Positions 47,552 to 55,790 of a DNA stretch of 64,000 bases are shown piece by piece. The notes below the pieces were generated by a model. The model had not been told where the DNA came from. It saw nothing but the letters and a program-made list of their open reading frames with translations, and searched no databases. Source of the stretch: a virus; IMG/VR virus record IMGVR_UViG_3300033145_000529, positions 64,001 through 128,000 of that record; one strand, given 5' to 3'. Position numbers and translations under genes: made by a program. Position 1 is the stretch's first letter; each line of letters begins with the position of its first letter.

Positions 47552-47850
47552 GCAAGTCATAATGAATGATTTAGAAAAGAGAGAATACCAAAGGAATTGG
47601 TATCATAATCATAAGAAGCAAGCTAGAGCTTGCAGGAATAGACGCAAAGACAAGATAATGGTATAAAGAATATAAGAGTACGCTATTTTGTCATGAATGT
47701 GGAGAGAATCACCCATGTTTAACCATGATAGCCACATCCAATGTTTTATCATCATTTGGATGATGAAAGCTCAAGCAAGCAGGTTGGTCTATTGAACGTA
47801 TAAAAGAGGAAATAGATAAATGTGAGAATTGTCATAGAAAAGGTTCTTGG
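47552..47850 (+). pseudogene. HNH endonuclease remnant
   Basis: EYQRNWY..., CHECGENHPCL, KEEIDKC.NCHRK in broken frames; resembles 54904-55233. Confidence 0.6.
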
Positions 47851-47862
47851 GGGAAATGTTTT

Positions 47863-47940
47863 GCTGGTGTAGCCCAATAAGGTAGAGGCAACAGCCTTAG
47901 AAGCTGTTCAGTGAGAGTCCGAATCTCTCCACCAGTACCA
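47863..47940 (+). tRNA. tRNA-Leu(TAG), short variable loop
   Basis: loop CTTAGAA, CCA. Confidence 0.88.
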
Positions 47941-47952
47941 AAAGAGAATAAG

Positions 47953-48342
47953 ATGTATTTATACACGACAACTGACAATAGAACGATGAAAAGACACTGG
48001 CATTTTGGTGGGAGAGAGTGTGATGGGTGTCAATATAGGTTTGAATGCTTTACTAGTAATAGAATCCATATTAAACTTGTGAAGGTGGATGTTACAGAGA
48101 TACCTCACCTTTACCAACAGTGTGATAGATTCAAAGCGGAATTCCATTTACCAAAGTGTTTAAGACTTGGACTCTATAAACAAATAGCGGATTGTGGTTT
48201 TTGGAGTAGGAGTTACAGACAAAATTTCGGTGATGGATTCAAACTAGGAGCAATAATTGAAGAAGAAGATGAATATATTGATATAGAACGTGCGTGGGTG
48301 AAGTTTCCAGTTACTCTGTTTATAACTGGTACAATGAGATAA
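47953..48342 (+). CDS. hypothetical protein with CxxCxxRFxCFT motif
   Basis: CDGCQYRFECFT. Confidence 0.65.
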   Translation: MYLYTTTDNRTMKRHWHFGGRECDGCQYRFECFTSNRIHIKLVKVDVTEIPHLYQQCDRFKAEFHLPKCLRLGLYKQIADCGFWSRSYRQNFGDGFKLGAIIEEEDEYIDIERAWVKFPVTLFITGTMR

Positions 48343-48343
48343 T

Positions 48344-48416
48344 GGTCTATAGGTGTTAATGGTGAGCATGCATCCCTGTCAAGGATGAGGGACGGGCTCG
48401 AAACCCGTATAGACCG
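48344..48416 (+). tRNA. tRNA-Asp(GTC)
   Basis: loop CTGTCAA. Confidence 0.85.
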
Positions 48417-48431
48417 CTATGAAAAATATAG

Positions 48432-48683
48432 ATGACCTTAAAGGAGAGGAACATGAGAGAATTAAAAGTCACAGATGATGAGCTAGATATGTTACACGGA
48501 GCACTTGTACTTCAATCGTGTTGTAATGGTGTATACTGTGTAAGTTCGTATGAAAAAGCTTTAAATGGTGATAAGGAAGAACTAGATGAGTATAAATTTC
48601 ATGGACATACTTTTGAGCAAATAAAAGAAGGAATTGCTCCACTTCTTTCTGTTATGGAGAAGGTTAAAACACTTTGGGAGTAA
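48432..48683 (+). CDS. hypothetical protein
   Basis: SD favours the second ATG (48453). Confidence 0.55.
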   Translation: MTLKERNMRELKVTDDELDMLHGALVLQSCCNGVYCVSSYEKALNGDKEELDEYKFHGHTFEQIKEGIAPLLSVMEKVKTLWE

Positions 48684-48704
48684 GCTAAGAAAGAATGAGG
48701 GTAA

Positions 48705-48780
48705 GGCACTGTAGCTAATTGGCAAAGGCGGTCGCCTGCAAAGCGATTTTAAGTGGGTTCGATTCCCACCAGTGCTTCCA
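48705..48780 (+). tRNA. tRNA-Cys(GCA)
   Basis: loop CTGCAAA, CCA. Confidence 0.92.
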
Positions 48781-48790
48781 AAGGAGATAA

Positions 48791-49309
48791 ATGAAAGATT
48801 ATTATAAGATTTTAGGTGTGGCTAGGGACGCTTCTCCAGAGGAGATAAAAAGGGCATATAGGAGACTAGCGAAACAATGGCATCCTGATGTAAATAAATC
48901 TCTAGAAGCAGAAGCGAAATTTAAAGAAATAAATGAAGCTTACGAATCTTTAACGTCAAAGAGAACGCTGAATGGTACATTTGACCCGTTCGATGTTTTC
49001 TTCAGAGAGTTTAGTTCTTTTGGTGGCATCTTCAGTGGTCAAAATATTAATGTAATTAGAACAAGAAGGATAAGCTTATCTGTTGATTGGTTAACCATGA
49101 TTTTAGGTGGTGAGATTGTTGTTAATTTGGATGGGGAAAGAATTACATTGAAAGCTCCCCCACTATCTCAAGCAGGGCAAACAATTCACATTAAAGTTTA
49201 TGGTGTTGATAACTATTTTACTTTGCAACCAAATTTACCAAGGTCATTGAGCGAGGAACAGAAAAAGAGTCTGGAAAATTTGAGAAATACATTGAAAGAT
49301 GAATACTAA
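48791..49309 (+). CDS. DnaJ-domain co-chaperone (short)
   Basis: [23 protein letters not shown]. Confidence 0.9.
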   Translation: MKDYYKILGVARDASPEEIKRAYRRLAKQWHPDVNKSLEAEAKFKEINEAYESLTSKRTLNGTFDPFDVFFREFSSFGGIFSGQNINVIRTRRISLSVDWLTMILGGEIVVNLDGERITLKAPPLSQAGQTIHIKVYGVDNYFTLQPNLPRSLSEEQKKSLENLRNTLKDEY

Positions 49310-49543
49310 ACAAATTGGTGATATATCATAAGCTAATATAGAAGTTAAATTACTTTCCAAAGGATATACTGTTTTAGTCCCACGTGATAATGATAGGTAT
49401 GATTTAGTAATAGATAAAGATGGTGCGTTTAAAAGGATACAGTGTAAGACTAGTCGTTTAAGGAATGGAGCAATCGTGTTCAAAACGGTCAGTTCTGAGT
49501 ACCATAGAGGTGGATGACTTGGGCTAAAGATTATGAAATATAA
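49299..49543 (+). pseudogene. PD-(D/E)XK homing endonuclease remnant (N-terminal part)
   Basis: [11 protein letters not shown]...GY.V..P..DN.RYDLV.D.....RIQCKT with internal stop. Confidence 0.7.
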
Positions 49544-49545
49544 TT

Positions 49546-49621
49546 TCTGGTGTACTACAATTGGTAGTAGAATCGGCTGTTAACCGAGCATATGTTGGTT
49601 CGAATCCAACCATCAGAGCCA
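49546..49621 (+). tRNA. tRNA-Asn(GTT)
   Basis: loop CTGTTAA, CCA. Confidence 0.9.
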
Positions 49622-49625
49622 AAAT

Positions 49626-49697
49626 GGGGGTATCTGCTAGTGGCTAGGCACTCAGGTTTTCACCCTGAAAACGGGAGTTCGATTCTCCCTACCCCTG
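49626..49697 (+). tRNA. tRNA-Glu(TTC)
   Basis: loop TTTTCAC. Confidence 0.9.
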
Positions 49698-49814
49698 CTC
49701 ATATTAAACTAGTTCATGAGATTGCTGATGATGTTCTAATAAGAATTATTAATGATATAAATAACTTATTGGCAGTGTGTCCGAATCGTCACAAAAGAAT
49801 ATGATAATAAGAAT

Positions 49815-49889
49815 AGCGGGGAGATTGTTGGTTATCCGTTAGCTCTCATAAAGCTAACTACGTGGGTTCAATTCCCACCTCCGCCACCA
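49815..49889 (+). tRNA. tRNA-Met(CAT), 1:72 mismatch
   Basis: loop CTCATAA, CCA, reduced D arm. Confidence 0.8.
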
Positions 49890-50260
49890 TGAAAATATTT
49901 ATATTAGATGATATGCCTAATAGACAACAATTTTTATCTTGTGCTATGTCTAAAATATACGGTGGTGATTCACATTGTATAGTTGCAGATAGTTTTAGTA
50001 ATGCTGTCAAGGTATTTGAAGAACATAAGGAATTTGATATTATGTTTTTAGACCATGATTTGGGTGGGAAGATTTATGTTGATTCAGAAGACCCTAATAC
50101 TGGTTATCAAGTAGTTAAATACATGGCAGAGCATGACATTAAAGGTAAAGAAATTATTGTGCATAGTTTAAACTTTGCGGGAGTTCAAAATATGTTAGCA
50201 ATATTACCAAAGCACGCAAAATATGTACCATATACCATTTTACACTCTTCAAGATTATAG
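49889..50260 (+). CDS. cyclic-phosphate-processing receiver domain protein
   Basis: KIFILDD, LDHDLG, TGY.V, IVHS.N..G...M. Confidence 0.8.
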   Translation: MKIFILDDMPNRQQFLSCAMSKIYGGDSHCIVADSFSNAVKVFEEHKEFDIMFLDHDLGGKIYVDSEDPNTGYQVVKYMAEHDIKGKEIIVHSLNFAGVQNMLAILPKHAKYVPYTILHSSRL

Positions 50261-50262
50261 AT

Positions 50263-50334
50263 TCTCCTGTAGTCTAATAGGTAGGACGGTTGGTTCTGAA
50301 CCAGCTATTTCAGGTTCGAATCCTGACAGGAGAA
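50263..50334 (+). tRNA. tRNA-Gln(CTG)
   Basis: loop TTCTGAA. Confidence 0.9.
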
Positions 50335-50574
50335 CAGGAAAATAAGGTGTATCGGCAAGGTAGGATAGATGAGGAACTTAAAATACTGTAGTAATACTTT
50401 GTTGAATGAAAAGATACGCTTGTTTGTATTGTAGTTATATCTATTATAGAGTCAAACCTAGATGGTGCAGAAGGTGTTTTAGTATCAGTATTTATGAAAT
50501 AGATACAAATGGTTATGTCAAGAGAGGTTTAGACTTAGGTGATAAGACGCAAGAGAAGTTAAAGAATTGCGTAT

Positions 50575-50650
50575 GGTGACGGTCATTCAATGGTAGGAAG
50601 CCTCGCTGTGACCGAGGTAATGTAGGGTTCGAATCCCTCCCGTCACCCCA
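50575..50650 (+). tRNA. tRNA-His(GTG)
   Basis: loop CTGTGAC, G-1, CCA. Confidence 0.9.
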
Positions 50651-51171
50651 TGAATCTAAGAGATAACATAGAAGCTTTAGGTTGCAGAATAGAAGGTGAT
50701 TTCACTTTACATTCTGGTGCGAAGAGTAATGTAAAGTGGGATATTGAAAAGCTTTATTCTGATTATGCTTTACACGAGAGATTGTTTTACCTCAGACCTT
50801 GGCACAGGGAAATCTTAAAATTTATAGGAGGTAGAGATGTCCTTATCGTGGGTATTCCTACTGGTGGAGAGAGATTGATGTATGATTTTGGTAGGCACTA
50901 TAAACTTAGATATGGTGACTCAAAATACCACCTTGCTCCCTGTATGAAAAATTGGGATGCTATTATAATAGATGATGTGTTGACTACTGGAGCAACTATT
51001 AGGGAATTATTCGATAAAGTTCACATTCTAGGTGTAGCAGTTCTTGTTAACCGTTCAAAGCTAACTAAAATCAATAATAAACCTATTATCTCAGGAGTTT
51101 TTGCTGATGAATTTGATGGGAGATTCAAAGCCTGTAATTGCACCCAAGTATTGCATTGTGGCGGAGGTTAG
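50650..51171 (+). CDS. orotate phosphoribosyltransferase-like protein
   Basis: GDFTLHSG.KS, GIPTGG, IIDDVLTTGAT. Confidence 0.8.
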   Translation: MNLRDNIEALGCRIEGDFTLHSGAKSNVKWDIEKLYSDYALHERLFYLRPWHREILKFIGGRDVLIVGIPTGGERLMYDFGRHYKLRYGDSKYHLAPCMKNWDAIIIDDVLTTGATIRELFDKVHILGVAVLVNRSKLTKINNKPIISGVFADEFDGRFKACNCTQVLHCGGG

Positions 51172-51175
51172 CAGA

Positions 51176-51207
51176 GGCTTGACTTTTAACGTGGCTTGTG
51201 GTATTAT
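51176..51207 (+). promoter_or_regulatory. sigma70-type promoter
   Basis: GGC-TTGACT-N17-TATTAT with TG. Confidence 0.75.
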
Positions 51208-51213
51208 AATAGT

Positions 51214-51570
51214 GTGGACATAGTAATAGACCAAGAAGATACAATCTACCGTTATAAGTGCAACGAGCAATGTGATAATTGTCCGATGCGGTATGTTTGC
51301 TGGACACACAGGAAAGATGGTAATACTCTCCACTTAAAAGGACAATCCTATTTAGACCCGATGACTCGTGCTAGAGTGGGTTTGTTCGCAGGCAACCAAG
51401 AGACTTTATGTCCTTGGTGTTATCGAATAGAAAAGAAGGATGTAGCACGTAAACTTGGCGAAACTTGTCCCACTTGTGGTCATTATATAACATGTGATAG
51501 TTGTATCAGAGATTGTAACCTCAGAAATGACCTCTATAACACTGATGGTGATTGCCTTATGACAAAGTAA
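51214..51570 (+). CDS. Cys-rich protein with CxxCxxRYxCWT motif (possibly leaderless)
   Basis: CDNCPMRYVCWT; GTG lies 7 nt after the -10 box. Confidence 0.6.
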   Translation: MDIVIDQEDTIYRYKCNEQCDNCPMRYVCWTHRKDGNTLHLKGQSYLDPMTRARVGLFAGNQETLCPWCYRIEKKDVARKLGETCPTCGHYITCDSCIRDCNLRNDLYNTDGDCLMTK

Positions 51571-51582
51571 GGAGAGGAATAT

Positions 51583-51780
51583 ATGGAAATACACGAAGGA
51601 AAACAGACACGAAATTACAGAATGTTCATCAAAATTGGGACTAAAAAACAATTAGATGCTATTGGAAAAAGTGGTGCTGGTGGGTTTAAGAAGGTTGAGC
51701 TTATGATTACTAGCAACTTTGATTTAATGGTTTCTGATTGCGATAAACCTTATTGGGTGGAACTGAAGTATAAAACTTAA
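51583..51780 (+). CDS. hypothetical protein
   Basis: strong SD. Confidence 0.6.
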   Translation: MEIHEGKQTRNYRMFIKIGTKKQLDAIGKSGAGGFKKVELMITSNFDLMVSDCDKPYWVELKYKT

Positions 51781-51786
51781 TCGAAA

Positions 51787-51863
51787 GCTCAGGTGATGCA
51801 ATAGGCAGACGGACACGTTTCAAAAACGTGGTTTTGAGAGTTCGAATCTCTCTCTGAGCACCA
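51787..51863 (+). tRNA. tRNA-Leu(CAA), short variable loop
   Basis: loop TTCAAAA, CCA. Confidence 0.85.
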
Positions 51864-52096
51864 TGTGTATAAGAAGATGTTCAAAATGTAACTCCATTTG
51901 GGTGTGCTGGAACTGGGTGCACGCTTTTGGTGGTGATAGAAAAAGGTATGAAGAAACTAACCCACACATTCCACCAGAAGAATTGTTAGATTGGGGTCAC
52001 GAATGTTGGAGTTGCAATAATGTCTTACAGACTAAAGATAAGGTTCACAACGGTATACCTTATTGGTTCTTAAAAAGATTTTATAAGGGAGTGTAG
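51863..52096 (+). CDS. Zn-ribbon protein
   Basis: CSKC...ECWSC; ATG overlaps tRNA CCA. Confidence 0.55.
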   Translation: MCIRRCSKCNSIWVCWNWVHAFGGDRKRYEETNPHIPPEELLDWGHECWSCNNVLQTKDKVHNGIPYWFLKRFYKGV

Positions 52097-52160
52097 TCTA
52101 ATAGGATTAAAACAGCAGCCTCCAAAACTGTACTTCGGGGTTCGAGTCCTCGTACTCCCG
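52087..52160 (+). tRNA. tRNA-Trp(CCA)
   Basis: loop CTCCAAA. Confidence 0.85.
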
Positions 52161-52302
52161 CATGATTGAGCAAAAGGAATATTCAGCATGGGTAGTGGAA
52201 CGTTCAGTACTCTATTTGTATAGCATAGATTGGGTTTATGTTTTCGAATTGGAGTCTCTTATGGATCTAGAGGCAAGGTTACAATTAGATAATAATTAGG
52301 AG

Positions 52303-52638
52303 ATGTGTATGCGTGGAGCTAGATTAATTGTTGCTCGGTGTAAAGCTGAAAAGACTTTCAGAAATTACGAGGGATTTTCACCACGTAATAAAAAACAATC
52401 GAGGTGGCATAGTTACTATGGCAGGTTAGGGTGGGCAGAAGACGAGATACAAAGAATGTTAGGAATTTACCGCAAAACTAAAGTTCCATGTTCTTGTTAT
52501 ATGTGTGGAAATCCTAGACGGCATTGGGGATATTTACCAATAAAAGAAGTTAGGCAACATCTTAGTGCTGATTCACAGTATGATGAAATACATTGGAATC
52601 ACCGAAAGTTAAGATGGTTGAAAGGATGGTTGGATTAA
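52303..52638 (+). CDS. basic hypothetical protein (PCSC.MCGNPR motif)
   Basis: T..PCSCYMCGNPRR. Confidence 0.65.
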   Translation: MCMRGARLIVARCKAEKTFRNYEGFSPRNKKQSRWHSYYGRLGWAEDEIQRMLGIYRKTKVPCSCYMCGNPRRHWGYLPIKEVRQHLSADSQYDEIHWNHRKLRWLKGWLD

Positions 52639-52688
52639 GAGGGGGCACCAAATATACGCAGACGAGACCGTTGTAAGGAATGTATTAA

Positions 52689-52762
52689 GCTCGTGTAGCC
52701 CAATCGGCAGAGGTGATGGATTTAAACTCCATTTAGTGTAGGTTCGACTCCTATCACGAGCA
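52689..52762 (+). tRNA. tRNA-Leu(TAA), short variable loop
   Basis: loop TTTAAAC. Confidence 0.85.
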
Positions 52763-52776
52763 CAAGGAGGGGTAAT

Positions 52777-53007
52777 GTGAGTTGGGGAATAGAGGCTATT
52801 GGGATAACTGCTGGTGCTCTTGTTTTTGGAGCAATGGCTGCAAAAAGACTTGTTGTTATTAAAGCTTTTTTGTTAGCGGGGGCTATAGGATTTTTCACAT
52901 ATGGTATGCTATTATCCCTTCCAGCAATAATAATTATTAATTCTATAGGTATGGGTGTTGCCATATATGGTTTAGTAAGTGCCATTCGAACCACGAAAAA
53001 GGCTTGA
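52777..53007 (+). CDS. small membrane protein (YgjV/PQ-loop-like, 3 TM)
   Basis: hydrophobic; strong SD. Confidence 0.6.
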   Translation: MSWGIEAIGITAGALVFGAMAAKRLVVIKAFLLAGAIGFFTYGMLLSLPAIIIINSIGMGVAIYGLVSAIRTTKKA

Positions 53008-53032
53008 CATCTACTTTGGTATATGGTATAAT
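53001..53032 (+). promoter_or_regulatory. sigma70-type promoter
   Basis: GGC-TTGACA-N17-TATAAT with TG. Confidence 0.85.
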
Positions 53033-53069
53033 AATAATAGAGTTGGGGAACTCCAAATAAAGGAAAGGA

Positions 53070-53453
53070 ATGGAAAAAATGACTACTGAAAAATTTGGAT
53101 TAGTGGAACTTGAACGGTATGAAGCAAAAGTGGGCTTCAAAAAGTCCGATGTGCGGACAATCAAGGGTGTGTGTGCAATTGTGGATTTACCTTTGACTGT
53201 CGCACCCGAAACTCAGGGAATCATAGCAGCTTGTAATAAGGATATTCTAGCCTCTGAGATACAAATTGCTAAGATTAGAGCTGAGGATGCTAGGAATGAT
53301 GAAGCAACAAAGCAGAACATTGCACGCTTAAAAGCTGAAAGAGAAGCTACCAAGAGGAAGAGTGAGCGGTCTATAACTGTCTCAAAGGTTGAGACTGGGA
53401 ATTCCAATAGGGAAATCGCTCGTTTGCAGAAGCTCTTAAAGCATTTTTCCTAA
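53070..53453 (+). CDS. coiled-coil hypothetical protein
   Basis: own promoter; AAAGGAAAGGA SD. Confidence 0.7.
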   Translation: MEKMTTEKFGLVELERYEAKVGFKKSDVRTIKGVCAIVDLPLTVAPETQGIIAACNKDILASEIQIAKIRAEDARNDEATKQNIARLKAEREATKRKSERSITVSKVETGNSNREIARLQKLLKHFS

Positions 53454-53458
53454 TTAAA

Positions 53459-53641
53459 AACCTGAGCTAATAAGTAGGTATTGTCTAACTAGCCCGTGTG
53501 GACTTGCCCTTAACTCAAAGAGTTAACTCCACAAGGCAGAGCGGGGAAAATCTAACCAGAGTTATTGGATTAGGTGGTACAGCCACCCTGCTGTTAATCT
53601 AGACTCTGTGGAAGGTAGACAGTCTGCCGAAAGCTCAGGTT
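53459..53641 (+). ncRNA. putative ~183-nt multi-stem ncRNA
   Basis: AACCTGAGCT/AGCTCAGGTT terminal stem; TTGTCTA/TAGACAG, TTAACTC/GAGTTAA and CAGAGT/ACTCTG inner stems. Confidence 0.65.
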
Positions 53642-53645
53642 ATTT

Positions 53646-53718
53646 GCCGAGATAGCTCTAATGGTAGAGCGATAGGTTGAAGCCCTATGCGTTGTTGGTT
53701 CGAATCCGACTCTCGGCA
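53646..53718 (+). tRNA. tRNA-Phe(GAA)
   Basis: loop TTGAAGC. Confidence 0.92.
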
Positions 53719-53799
53719 CATAAATCTAAGACGGAGGTCTAAGATGAACGCTAACGAAAGAAAAGATACCCAATTAGGCATATCACACGGTACAGATGG

Positions 53800-53873
53800 G
53801 GGGGCTTAGTTCATTGGGAGAACAACTCCCTTGCAAGGAGTAAAGACGAGTTCGACTCTCGTAGCCTCCACCA
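53800..53873 (+). tRNA. tRNA-Ala(TGC)
   Basis: loop CTTGCAA, G3:U70, CCA. Confidence 0.92.
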
Positions 53874-53880
53874 ATAAGTT

Positions 53881-54498
53881 ATGAAGATAGTTTTAATAGC
53901 AGACACGCATAACTGCACTCCTGAACTTCCTGATGGAGACATCTTAATTCATGCTGGTGATGGCACATCAAGAGGAACTAGAGAAGAAGCTGAACAGTTT
54001 GATGAGTGGCTTGGCACTTTAAAATTTAAACAAATTCTATTCACACCAGGTAACCATGACTTCTGTTTTGAGAAGAATAGAGATATATTAAAGAATGCTA
54101 CAACACTGATAAACGAAGGTATTGTAATTGATGGTGTTTCATTTTGGGCATCACCATATACATTAACCAAGTTCAATTGGGCATTTATGAAACCTGAGAA
54201 TGAATTAGCAGAGATTTGGCGTTATATTCCAGATAAGGTTGATGTTCTTATCACACACGGTCCACCTAGAGGAATATTAGACAGAACGATTAGTGGGGAA
54301 AACGCTGGTTCACAATCCTTGCTTGACCGCTCAAGGATAGTTAAACCTAAAGTGCATGTTTTTGGACACATACACGAAACATACGGGTCACAGTATAATC
54401 GTGGGGTACATTATATCAATGTTTCTGTCCTCAATGAGTATTACCAGAACGTGAATAAACCAGTTGTGGTTGACGTTGGTGTGTGGCTCAGTCAATGA
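53881..54498 (+). CDS. metallophosphoesterase (239FB/MPPED-like)
   Basis: ADTH, IHAGD, PGNHD, THGPP, FGHIHE. Confidence 0.9.
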   Translation: MKIVLIADTHNCTPELPDGDILIHAGDGTSRGTREEAEQFDEWLGTLKFKQILFTPGNHDFCFEKNRDILKNATTLINEGIVIDGVSFWASPYTLTKFNWAFMKPENELAEIWRYIPDKVDVLITHGPPRGILDRTISGENAGSQSLLDRSRIVKPKVHVFGHIHETYGSQYNRGVHYINVSVLNEYYQNVNKPVVVDVGVWLSQ

Positions 54499-54644
54499 CG
54501 GAGGTCTAAAAATGAGCACAAATAAAGATAAGTTTTAGGGATGCCTTTTGGCACTGCTTCAAATACACTAAGGAAGAACTTTTTATTTCATGTATTAAAC
54601 AAAGGTTGCTTCAAAAAGCTCGGCAAGAGGATAGAATAAATAAA

Positions 54645-54722
54645 CAGTCTATAGCTCAATAAGGTAGAGCACCACGTTTGGGGTGTGGGGGGTTGGTGGT
54701 TCAATTCCACCTAGACTGACCA
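54645..54722 (+). tRNA. tRNA-Pro(TGG)
   Basis: loop TTTGGGG, CCA. Confidence 0.9.
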
Positions 54723-54825
54723 TGCACCACGTTGCTTGGAATTTGGTGTTGGGTATTGAAACTATGAGTTTCAACCAAACGTACAAAGACTTAGAGGAAG
54801 CGATACCAAGCCATTTGCTTCCCTA

Positions 54826-54901
54826 CAGGGTGTACGTCAGTGGACAGACTACCTAGCCTGGACCTAGGAGGACGGCGGTCCGAATCCGCCCACCCTGACC
54901 A
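54826..54901 (+). tRNA. tRNA-Pro(TGG)-like, non-canonical anticodon loop
   Basis: loop CCTGGAC (C33, A37); C1:G72, A73; CCA. Confidence 0.7.
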
Positions 54902-54903
54902 TC

Positions 54904-55233
54904 GTGGGGTATAAAAATAAAGAAAAACAGAAAAAAGCACAACACGAGTCATATCTAAGACTTAAAGATATTTACCGTGAAAACAACCGTAGAAGGCGTA
55001 AAGAGCTTAAAGAGTGGTTTGCTGAAATCACAAAGGACGATGTTTGTTTATTTTGTGGAGAGTCTTGTAAGATTTGTTTAGACTATCATCACAGAAATCC
55101 AGAAGAAAAGGTAGCCAACGTAAGCACATTACTTGCAAATATGAGAAGTAGAAAAATGATACTGGCTGAACTAGCAAAGTGTGATTGTATGTGTTCTAAT
55201 TGTCATAGAAAGCATGAAGCTGGATTGATATAA
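54904..55233 (+). CDS. HNH endonuclease
   Basis: CLFCGE...LDYHH.NP.EK...KCDCMCSNCHRK.H/E pattern. Confidence 0.8.
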   Translation: MGYKNKEKQKKAQHESYLRLKDIYRENNRRRRKELKEWFAEITKDDVCLFCGESCKICLDYHHRNPEEKVANVSTLLANMRSRKMILAELAKCDCMCSNCHRKHEAGLI

Positions 55234-55239
55234 TGGAAA

Positions 55240-55532
55240 AGTATGAAAGACGAGAACAAAAATTAGAGGCTAAGAAAACTAGAGTACCTAAACACGGTAG
55301 AAACATAGGAGTAGTTTATAGAAATGCCTTGGAGAAAAGAACTAGCAAAGAAGATAGATAGCTTCCTAAAACTAGAACATGATTGGGATAGCCGTTGATT
55401 TGATACTTGACCACATTGATGGCAACTCATTTGATAATTTACCTAATAACTTAAGATGTGTTTGTTCTAATTGTGATGCTAATTTACCGACCTATAAATC
55501 AAAGAATAGAGGAAATGGCAGGGGATATAGAC
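55240..55532 (+). pseudogene. HNH endonuclease remnant
   Basis: LILDHIDGN..DN...NLRCVC.NC....TYK.KNRGNGR with broken N terminus. Confidence 0.65.
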
Positions 55533-55608
55533 GCCAGCAAAGCACATTTGGAAGTGCAGGCGATTTGTAATCGTCAGGAAGGTTTGGGTTCGAATCCCCC
55601 TGCTGGCT
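55533..55608 (+). tRNA. tRNA-Thr(TGT)
   Basis: loop TTTGTAA; imperfect T stem. Confidence 0.78.
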
Positions 55609-55617
55609 CATTGAGTC

Positions 55618-55689
55618 GCCACTGAAGCTCAAAGGTTGAGCAACTACTTCGTAAGTAGGAGATTGTGAGTTCGAATCTCACCTGTGGCT
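55618..55689 (+). tRNA. tRNA-Thr(CGT)
   Basis: loop TTCGTAA. Confidence 0.88.
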
Positions 55690-55698
55690 CATAGTATT

Positions 55699-55781
55699 GG
55701 AGAAGTGTCCGAGTGGTTTATGGTGCTGGCTTTGAATCCCAGTGAGCTAACGCTCCGAAAGTTCGAATCCCACACCTTCCG
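55699..55781 (+). pseudogene. chimeric/degenerate tRNA-Ser(TGA)
   Basis: Ser-type D arm and variable arm, but T stem and acceptor halves do not pair. Confidence 0.6.
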
Positions 55782-55790
55782 CTAGTTAAA

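Noticed and set aside
51118-51175. Possible tRNA-Tyr remnant (GGGAGATT...CTGTAA); Tyr is the only isotype missing from the window
   Set aside because: No acceptor or T-arm pairing; too degenerate to call
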